Shown: positions 57,396-64,000 of the stretch, piece after piece
Position numbering within the stretch: position 1 is the stretch's first letter
Layout of the letters: each line of letters opens with the position of its first letter
Source of the DNA: Nostoc sp.
Lineage (GTDB): Bacteria; Cyanobacteriota; Cyanobacteriia; Cyanobacteriales; Nostocaceae
Direction of reading: 5' to 3'
Assembly (NCBI RefSeq): GCF_035638895.1
Contig: NZ_DASQZC010000559.1
Span: forward strand, 2,302-66,301
Length of the DNA stretch: 64,000 nt
Made by a program: the position numbers and the translations under genes
The notes under the pieces: generated by a model
Told to the model about the DNA's origin: nothing
Databases searched by the model: none
Seen by the model: the letters and a program-made list of their open reading frames with translations, nothing else

Positions 57396-58094
57396 TTAAA
57401 AATTGAGGCGTTTAGCATAACAGCGTAATCCACTGACTTTAGTAGTAATGGAATCTTCAATCTTGTCGGGGGCGCTATCTTCTATACTTCCACCCTGAAG
57501 TTGCAAAATGTCATTCTCCTGAACTTCTAGCAGCCATGTGTTAAAGTCTTCACGACTAACCCGATCGCCTATTTCTCTCCTGATACGATAAATTGGGACA
57601 AGATTATCTAGGTTGTAGTTTTGGTTAAGCTTGTCGTAGACTTCCAACGCCACCGACTTAAACTCGTCGTAAGATGCGATTCCTTTGGAAAGCTCCGCTA
57701 ACGCACTCTTCCCATTAACTGGAACATCTGCACCAGTTACCCCAACATCAATCTGACTTATCCACTTCACCAACGCATTCGCCACCCAAGCGCTAACAGT
57801 TGTCTCTTCAAACTTAAAATCGCCACTTCTCAAACCCTCACCCAACACCTCTAAACCCTTGGGAGATATCAGAGAATATCCCTTTTTGGAAATTGCGATC
57901 GCACCCTGATTCTGTAATTCTTCAAGTGAACCCTGATAATCTGCTACCTTCTGGGTTTTGGATACAATTCGCTTAGTGAGTTGGCCCTTCTTAACTTCCT
58001 GCTGCGTTCCTCCCAAATCCCACAAAGCTAAAAGGAGGCGAGTGCTAGTTAGGGCTGTATTTTTTGATGTCATATTGAATATACTTTTTGGCAA
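57396..58094 (-). CDS. winged-helix-like DNA-binding protein (hypothetical), first gene of the operon
   Basis: 232 aa with two wHTH-like segments (LLLALWDLGG...LEELQNQGAIAISKKGYSL and LVPIYRIRREIGDRVSREDFNTWLLEVQENDILQLQGG). The fold call comes from the sequence pattern only. Confidence 0.5.
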   Translation of the reverse strand: MPKSIFNMTSKNTALTSTRLLLALWDLGGTQQEVKKGQLTKRIVSKTQKVADYQGSLEELQNQGAIAISKKGYSLISPKGLEVLGEGLRSGDFKFEETTVSAWVANALVKWISQIDVGVTGADVPVNGKSALAELSKGIASYDEFKSVALEVYDKLNQNYNLDNLVPIYRIRREIGDRVSREDFNTWLLEVQENDILQLQGGSIEDSAPDKIEDSITTKVSGLRCYAKRLNF

Positions 58095-58410
58095 AGATCA
58101 TCATAGTAACTGTATTTTTCTAAATTATTTATCCCGAAAAAATAACCGAGAAATTGCTGAATATTTCGGCGTTTGGGCTAAATTGATTAATAAAAAATCA
58201 ACAATATATTTCCTTCGGATGAATCAGTTTCTCTCGAAGGCAGGATGGAATATTTGAAAAAATCGATCATCATAACAGTGAAACGCTGTAGCTGTGCAAT
58301 TGTAAATTGAGTGGTATATGTTCTTTCAATTCCAGGTGAAATAACAGGAATTCCAACTTTGTATTTGCAACAGCAAGGCTTTTAGTAAATACAGGTGATG
58401 ACGAAATCCG

Positions 58411-58893
58411 ATGAACATAGTATATAAAGAACGTAAAATAGTTTCGCGTCTATTAGCAGTTCTGCTTTCCGCATTGCTAACCGTACCCTTGTTGAGTAGC
58501 TGCGGAGGAGGTTCCAAAACTGCTACGCCACCACCGGTTGATGATACTGTTGTTGGTAGAACAGTGAGCGATCGCCAAACCGAAGCTAAGAAAGGAATGG
58601 GTACAGGGCAAAAAGTGGCACTTTTGGCAGGTGCGGCGGCACTTTACTACATGTACAACCAACATAAGAATGCTCCAAAAGAAGGAGCGCAAGGTAAGTA
58701 CTATCTTTCCAAGAACGGGCGTGTATACTACCGCGATGCTGAAAATCGCGCTCACTGGGTAACTCCACCATCAGAAGGAATTCGAGTACCAGAATCTCAA
58801 GCACAACAATATCGGCAATTCCAAGGCTATAACGGCAACACTTCAGGTCGCGATCTAACTGGCATAAGTTCATCCGCAGCTCCAGCCCTCTAG
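58411..58893 (+). CDS. lipoprotein (hypothetical)
   Basis: 160 aa with a signal peptide and lipobox LLSSCGG. Confidence 0.75.
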   Translation: MNIVYKERKIVSRLLAVLLSALLTVPLLSSCGGGSKTATPPPVDDTVVGRTVSDRQTEAKKGMGTGQKVALLAGAAALYYMYNQHKNAPKEGAQGKYYLSKNGRVYYRDAENRAHWVTPPSEGIRVPESQAQQYRQFQGYNGNTSGRDLTGISSSAAPAL

Positions 58894-58987
58894 ATAGTGA
58901 AGCGTGTGTAAATAAGAAAGCGGGTTTCCCGGAGGATAACGCTGATCGCGCACGTCGGAAACACAAACTTAAATCAGGAGACAGATT

Positions 58988-59317
58988 ATGGTAGATGACT
59001 TTTTCCGAAAGGCGAAGGATCTCTTGTTGGGAGGGAACGGCGATCAATCTGAGGATGCTGAATACCGCGATCGCAATGTCCGCCCAGCGAGTGAAGACCC
59101 CTACGGCGACCCCGCAGATACATCCTCTTACGGCAACCTTACTCCAGCCAGCCAAGACCCATACGGCGACCCCGCAGACATAGCGTCTTACGGTAATGTT
59201 CGCCCAGCCAGTGAAGACCCCTACGGCGACCCCGCAGACCAAGGGGAATTTGGTAACGTCCGTCCAGCCAGCGAAGATCCCTACGGCGATCCCGCAGATG
59301 ACGATTACCGCCGTTAA
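58988..59317 (+). CDS. tandem-repeat acidic protein (4 x 20 aa NVRPASEDPYGDPAD... units)
   Basis: 109 aa with an AGGAG Shine-Dalgarno sequence upstream. Four in-frame 60-nt repeats span 59075-59314 and end at the stop codon. Confidence 0.7.
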   Translation: MVDDFFRKAKDLLLGGNGDQSEDAEYRDRNVRPASEDPYGDPADTSSYGNLTPASQDPYGDPADIASYGNVRPASEDPYGDPADQGEFGNVRPASEDPYGDPADDDYRR

Positions 59318-59330
59318 CGCGAAACTTAAC

Positions 59331-59390
59331 CCCCTTAAAAAAGGGGTAACTGAGTCAAAATCCCCCTTTTTTTAAGGGGGATTTAATTTA
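59331..59390. terminator. Twin hairpins between convergent genes
   Basis: CCCCTT-AAAAA-AGGGG and TCCCCC-TTTTTTTA-AGGGGGA, with T/A tracts on both strands. Confidence 0.7.
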
Positions 59391-59397
59391 GGAGGAT

Positions 59398-60369
59398 TTA
59401 CTCAGCCAAAATTTCTTTCGATCGCTCAATACTTTTACGCACAGATTGGGCTGAAGTATGCAAACCCTCTCTTTCGCGATCGCTGAGATTTAATTCCAAA
59501 ATACTTTCAATTCCACCGCATCCCAACCGACACGGAACACCAATCACAACATCTTCTAAACCGTATTCACCTTGCAGATACGCCGCTACAGGCAATAACC
59601 GCGACTGATTTAGCAAAATCGATTCTACCATCACGCTAGTAGCCGATGCCGGAGCAAAAAAAGCACCACCCGTCTGCATCAATTCCACAATTTCTGCGCC
59701 ACCGTTGCGAGTTCTTTCTACCAAGCGTTCAATTGTGGCTACATCCAGCAATTCCGTGATGGGAACGCCGTTAACGGTAGCATAACGAGACAACGGAACC
59801 ATTAAATCGCCGTGGCTACCCAAAACCATTGCTTTGACATCAGCAGGCAAAACCCCCAATTCTAGGGCAATAAAGGTTTCAAAACGGGCGGAATCTAACA
59901 CGCCAGCCATACCCATAATGCGATCGCGTGGTAAACCAGTTGCTTGCAAAGTTAAATAAGTCATCACATCCAACGGATTGGTGACGACAATAAAAATAGC
60001 ATTGGGAGAATGAGCGATCGCATTTTTTGCCGCTTGCACCACAATCTTGGAATTAGTTTTCAGCAAATCATCCCGACTCATCCCTGGTTTGCGGGGAAGT
60101 CCTGCGGTAATCACCACAATTTGAGAACCAGATGTATCAGCATAATTATTCGTGCCGATAATTTGGCGATTGTGTATTTCAATTCCCCTGGCTTCCATCA
60201 AATCCAGCGCCAAACCTTGAGGCATTCCCGCAATAATATCTAGTAAAACTACATCAGCCAGGTTTTTCTCCGCAACGCGTTGGGCTAAAGTACTGCCAAC
60301 CCTACCCGCACCCACGATGGTGACACGAGGTAAACTACACACAATTGGGGAGTTAGGCGAAGAAAACAT
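59398..60369 (-). CDS. mdh: malate dehydrogenase (LDH-like family)
   Basis: 323 aa with the NAD motif VGAGRVGS and an LDH/MDH core sequence. Confidence 0.9.
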   Translation of the reverse strand: MFSSPNSPIVCSLPRVTIVGAGRVGSTLAQRVAEKNLADVVLLDIIAGMPQGLALDLMEARGIEIHNRQIIGTNNYADTSGSQIVVITAGLPRKPGMSRDDLLKTNSKIVVQAAKNAIAHSPNAIFIVVTNPLDVMTYLTLQATGLPRDRIMGMAGVLDSARFETFIALELGVLPADVKAMVLGSHGDLMVPLSRYATVNGVPITELLDVATIERLVERTRNGGAEIVELMQTGGAFFAPASATSVMVESILLNQSRLLPVAAYLQGEYGLEDVVIGVPCRLGCGGIESILELNLSDREREGLHTSAQSVRKSIERSKEILAE

Positions 60370-60585
60370 AATTATTAAACTGCAATTTTATCAACAATAA
60401 TTCGGGAGTTAGCAGTCAGAATTGATGCTGACTCGTACATTAGACCTCTTGCACAAGCCCCTAACACGCACCCCCAACCTCTCCTCGCTTGCGGGGAGGG
60501 GAGACAAAGCATAGCTTTGGCGGGGTGGGGTTCTTATTTTTGATTTATGCAAGAAGTCTATTCTGACTTCCGAACTCTTTCTTAG

Positions 60586-60801
60586 TTATTTAAACTCTTC
60601 AAGCTGATCCACACGCAACCAAACATTTGGCGTTGGCACTTTCCCGAACTTAATCAGGGCGTAATCACCTTTGATATCTACAATTTCGCCCTTACTGTCA
60701 AACAAATAGGGAGGAAAACGAGTATCACTGGCTTTTGCTTCCAGACTATTTTCCAGTTTCTCGCGGATAGCGCGAACCATATCTCCTTTTTTGACTGCCA
60801 T
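60586..60801 (-). CDS. ndhO: NAD(P)H-quinone oxidoreductase subunit O
   Basis: [34 protein letters not shown]... is NdhO-type. I take the start at the ATG at 60801 rather than the upstream in-frame codon used in the ORF track. Confidence 0.88.
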   Translation of the reverse strand: MAVKKGDMVRAIREKLENSLEAKASDTRFPPYLFDSKGEIVDIKGDYALIKFGKVPTPNVWLRVDQLEEFK

Positions 60802-60904
60802 GAATTCCCCTCTCAAATTTCTAGATTAGACTTATCCGCATTTTAAAAGACTTCCGAGATAAAAACTCTTAACTCTTGTACAGATGCGATTAATCGCGTC
60901 TCTC

Positions 60905-61765
60905 CTAACTCCTAACTCCCCGTAGCGTTTGGCACTGTGGGCAAAAGTGACTAGATCGCCCAGCTAACCTAATCCGCATAATTGGAGTGTCACAAACTCG
61001 ACAGGGTTCTCCAGCGCGGTTATAAACCCAGGCAACACCACCATAATTGCCATTGACACCCTTAACACTTAAGAAATTACTAAAAGTCGTACCGCCAGCC
61101 TCAATGCTGGTTTCTAAAACTTGAATTATCGCTGTTCGCAAACGCTCAATTTGCTTTAGCTGCAAATCTATACATAAGGTTTCAGGTAAAATTCCACTCT
61201 TAAACAGGCCTTCATCAGCATAAATGTTACCTAATCCCGCCACTACCGATTGATCGAGTAGTGCAGTTTTAATTGGACGGCGGCGGTTTTGGAGTTTGGT
61301 TGCTAAGTACTCGACAGTGAATTCTGGTGAAAATGGATCTGCTGCCAGTGTTGCCAAACCAGTCATAATACTTTCTACAGCAACACCAGGCGGAACCCAC
61401 CACATTTTCCCGAAGGTACGCTGATCAACAAAGCGTAATTCCTGCTGTTCCCCAAAGAATAATCTAACCCGCGTGTGCTTATGTAATGGTTCATCTCGGT
61501 GCAGCCATAATAGCTGACCGGTCATTCGCAGATGAACCCCTAGCCGACCTGTGGAAGAAGGGGAAGAGAGTTCAGCGAGGAGATATTTACCGCGACGATG
61601 CCAAGTAGCAATGGCATTCTTTTTAATTCCATCAACAAACTCACCAACAGAAAACGGGTAGGCGATGGTGCGATCGAGCAACACATCTCCACCCGTAATT
61701 TCTTGGTTAAGGGTCAATTGATTTAGGCCCCTTCGGACTGTTTCAACTTCAGGCAGTTCAGGCAT
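60905..61765 (-). CDS. mutM: formamidopyrimidine-DNA glycosylase
   Basis: 286 aa with N-terminal MPELPEVE and the C-terminal zinc finger CRVC...CPQC. Confidence 0.95.
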   Translation of the reverse strand: MPELPEVETVRRGLNQLTLNQEITGGDVLLDRTIAYPFSVGEFVDGIKKNAIATWHRRGKYLLAELSSPSSTGRLGVHLRMTGQLLWLHRDEPLHKHTRVRLFFGEQQELRFVDQRTFGKMWWVPPGVAVESIMTGLATLAADPFSPEFTVEYLATKLQNRRRPIKTALLDQSVVAGLGNIYADEGLFKSGILPETLCIDLQLKQIERLRTAIIQVLETSIEAGGTTFSNFLSVKGVNGNYGGVAWVYNRAGEPCRVCDTPIMRIRLAGRSSHFCPQCQTLRGVRS

Positions 61766-62016
61766 TCAAACTGATTAAGCAGGCAATTTTGATGTACTTG
61801 GGCGTTGAATAAAGAAGAGATGGAGTAGTAACTTACACAGCCTTATATGGCTCGTATTACTACCCAAGAGAAACCGTAAATACCCGCAGGGCAGCTTCTC
61901 ATAGATTAGGGTAGGCTTGGGTGAAATATGAATGAACTGAAATTTTCAGACTTCATACTTCAGACTTAAGACTACCCTTCATCATCGCATCAAACAAGCC
62001 CCTTGTAGCTTTGCTG

Positions 62017-62232
62017 CTATTTTTTAGGTGCTTTAGCCTTTGGTGCTTCAACCTCGACTAATTCATCCTGAGCAAAGTTGTTGGTATTGATACCAGCGTA
62101 ATTGACCTTTTCAAAGCGGACAATTACAGGGTATTTGATGCCGCTTTGGTCAATGGAAGCCACAGTTCCTAGATCCTGAAACCAGTAGGATTCAGGGCGG
62201 AGAATACGTACTTTAGAACCACGTTGAACCAT
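62017..62232 (-). CDS. psaE: photosystem I reaction centre subunit IV
   Basis: 71 aa; [53 protein letters not shown] is PsaE-type. Confidence 0.95.
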   Translation of the reverse strand: MVQRGSKVRILRPESYWFQDLGTVASIDQSGIKYPVIVRFEKVNYAGINTNNFAQDELVEVEAPKAKAPKK

Positions 62233-62340
62233 GATTATTTTCCCTTTTAGTTATCAATCGCCAATCTAGAGGGCTAATTGATTTCACTCTACAACCTGAA
62301 GGTAGCAGTAAGAGTCTTTGTTAAGTTATTTGTCTGAATT

Positions 62341-62446
62341 GGGAGTAGGGAGTAGGGAGTGGGGAGTGGGAATTGGGAATTGGGAATTGAATATTAATTA
62401 TTCTTTCTCCCTCACTTCCCTTATGTTCACCACTCCCTACTCCCCA
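62341..62446. repeat. Opposed STRR arrays upstream of psaE
   Basis: GGGAGTAGGGAGTAGGGAGTGGGGAGTGGGAATTGGGAATTGGGAATTG ... CCACTCCCTACTCCCC. Confidence 0.85.
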
Positions 62447-62524
62447 AAAAACGGTATTAGAAAATACTTGACAAGGCACACGTTATAGCGTACCTTCGTT
62501 CGCAAGCGGTTATTTTGTAGAAGC

Positions 62525-63109
62525 TTATGTTTTAGTTAAGACAAACACACTTCCCTCGTTACCTCTGCTAATCCGCAGATCGTTATCTATATAGGTGATA
62601 TCTAACCAGCCTTGCTGATTATCACTCTTGATTGCAAAATCAATTGCGGGAAATTTTCTACCTGCTTCAATTTGTTGAATAAAAGTTACCGGAGAATTGT
62701 ATTCTATTAAACGTTGTAAGCCGATAATAGACCGCTCAAATTTCACTTGGACACGCCGACCTGAAACTGGCTCAAATTTAGCAGCAACGCTAACTAATCC
62801 TTCCAAATAAGGTAGGCCATAAATCTCAGCTATGTTATAAACACTGGCAGTATCAACCCGGATACACTGATAGATTTGACCCAGTTTGCACAAAGGTAAA
62901 CCATCTAAGTTTAAAAGGGCCTTGCTGGTGGTGTATAGTAATCGCCAATCGCCATTTAGCAAATTACTAGCTTCAACCGGACGGGGTGTAGGATTAAAAT
63001 CTTCTAAATTGGCGATCGCTGCTAAGATAACCTGTTTCTGTGCTTGAGTCGCCAGTAGACCGCGATTTGTCCCAGCGATCGCATCCATTAGAGCCGCTTT
63101 TTTGATCAT
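62525..63109 (-). CDS. PAP/fibrillin-family protein
   Basis: 194 aa with the typical GDWRLLYTTS motif. Confidence 0.8.
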   Translation of the reverse strand: MIKKAALMDAIAGTNRGLLATQAQKQVILAAIANLEDFNPTPRPVEASNLLNGDWRLLYTTSKALLNLDGLPLCKLGQIYQCIRVDTASVYNIAEIYGLPYLEGLVSVAAKFEPVSGRRVQVKFERSIIGLQRLIEYNSPVTFIQQIEAGRKFPAIDFAIKSDNQQGWLDITYIDNDLRISRGNEGSVFVLTKT

Positions 63110-63351
63110 CGCCTGTCACCTCAAAAATCAGTCCTTACCATCAGCATAAACAAGATATTCATAACCTATGTATAGAACCATAAAAATTACTAAATAAAGG
63201 CTTTGCGTAAGCAATACGCCTATTAAATAAAAAATTTCTATCTGAATGCGGATTTATCAAATAAAGGGTTGAAAAGATAACTAAATAAATCCGTGCCAAG
63301 TGATAGACTCTAAATGTCAACTTACGTATACATTTTCTTGTCCTCCTCGAT

Positions 63352-63582
63352 ATGTTGAACTCTCCATTACGTGAAGTACCTCGTAATCAGCGAGCCGATG
63401 TTATCCCCTTAAAGGAAGAGTCCTCTTTATTGGACTGGTTGCAAACTTACGGTCGGATCATCGCGCGTGACGTTCACGAACCGGATTTTCAAGATGACGA
63501 AGTAGAAATAGACTCCCTAATGGGTGTAGAAGATGGGATTGGCTACGACCTTGATGACGATATAGGAATCGCCGAGGATTAG
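63352..63582 (+). CDS. small acidic protein (DUF3134-like)
   Basis: 76 aa. The family assignment is by recall only. Confidence 0.5.
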   Translation: MLNSPLREVPRNQRADVIPLKEESSLLDWLQTYGRIIARDVHEPDFQDDEVEIDSLMGVEDGIGYDLDDDIGIAED

Positions 63583-63767
63583 CCTTTTCAGGCAAGTACC
63601 GCAAGGCGGAAGTCAAAAGTTAAAAGTCAAAAGTCAAAGAATCATATTCTGCGCTTTTGCACCATTTGAAATGGTATGTTTATTTCCGGCGTGCTGTGCT
63701 AAGGACTTGGTAGTATCTTTAGTTGCTGATATTGAATTTTATAAGTGTGGAGTGAAGGGAAACTTTT

Positions 63768-64000
63768 GTGGACGCTAAATTATCTCCTGAGCAAGGTTTA
63801 AATATTTCTGGAATAGCTCTAGCCTCTTTATTAACCGTAGGGCTAGCTACAACAGCATTTTTCTTGGATTCGATGGCCAATAGACTACCCTGGCAAAGTA
63901 TGTCCTTAACCCTGCCACTACTATTGTGTGCGTTGGGTTCAGGTGTTGTGGGTTATTGGGTAATACCCCTACTTCAAGCGCTTAAAACTGGACAAATAAT
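63768..64000 (+). CDS. mraY: phospho-N-acetylmuramoyl-pentapeptide transferase, 5' partial
   Basis: A GTG-started frame reads VDAKLSPEQGLNISGIALASLLTVGLATTAFFLD...VVGYWVIPLLQALKTGQI, which is a MraY-type N-terminus. It runs off the window end. Confidence 0.7.
   Translation, partial: MDAKLSPEQGLNISGIALASLLTVGLATTAFFLDSMANRLPWQSMSLTLPLLLCALGSGVVGYWVIPLLQALKTGQI

Noticed and set aside
58586-59242. 218-aa minus-strand ORF antisense to the lipoprotein and tandem-repeat genes
   Set aside because: It is the mirror frame of the 60-nt repeats (CGVAVGVF units). The plus-strand genes have a signal peptide with lipobox and a Shine-Dalgarno sequence respectively, and this ORF has neither.
2621-63640. 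Short tandem repeat arrays considered as possible CRISPR arrays
   Set aside because: The period is 7 nt, with no 25-40-nt repeats alternating with unique spacers, and no cas genes. These are STRR-type heptamer arrays typical of heterocystous cyanobacteria.
1-64000. Search for tRNA, rRNA, tmRNA, RNase P RNA, SRP RNA and riboswitch signatures
   Set aside because: I found no T-loop/acceptor-type tRNA pattern, no conserved rRNA blocks, and none of the conserved cores I remember (the RNase P GGAAAGUCC-type motif or the B12 box). Absence by eye is not proof; a covariance-model scan is needed.

Overview
This is a chromosomal segment of a filamentous, Nostocales-type cyanobacterium. The assignment rests on the very frequent HIP1 octamer GCGATCGC, heptameric STRR arrays in most intergenic spacers, and the photosystem I and NDH-1 genes. 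All calls come from reading the supplied ORF translations and the DNA by eye, using motif recall only; no similarity search, HMM, folding or composition calculation was run.

Most of the window is housekeeping:
- Photosynthesis and respiration: psaA-psaB, psaE, ndhB, ndhO, and a 46-codon psaX that falls below the ORF-track cutoff.
- Core metabolism and translation: lipA, hemB, prfC, pgi, mdh, mutM, sufE and the start of mraY.
- Transport and signalling: Liv/Nat-type amino-acid ABC transporter genes, two hybrid histidine kinases and a CheY-like regulator.
- Metal homeostasis: a divergent pair (COG0523 GTPase and a His-rich PEP-CTERM protein) whose shared promoter carries two Fur/Zur-type palindromes.

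Accessory content clusters in two places:
- At 5.1-8.3 kb: a REP-associated tyrosine transposase (RAYT) flanked by inverted REP copies, a TPR pseudogene, and a solitary SPPF-type DNA methyltransferase.
- At 46.6-58.1 kb: two Uma2-family genes, a RelE/ParE-like pair, small cassettes separated by three copies of a 71-bp direct repeat, and a three-gene minus-strand operon at 53983-58094.

The operon is the best candidate for an undescribed system. It encodes a winged-helix protein, a 635-aa P-loop ATPase, and a 481-aa protein with a DUF1802-like N-terminus and an Mrr-type PD-(D/E)xK nuclease core.

No tRNA, rRNA or CRISPR array was found. Other small genes under 60 codons may have been missed.
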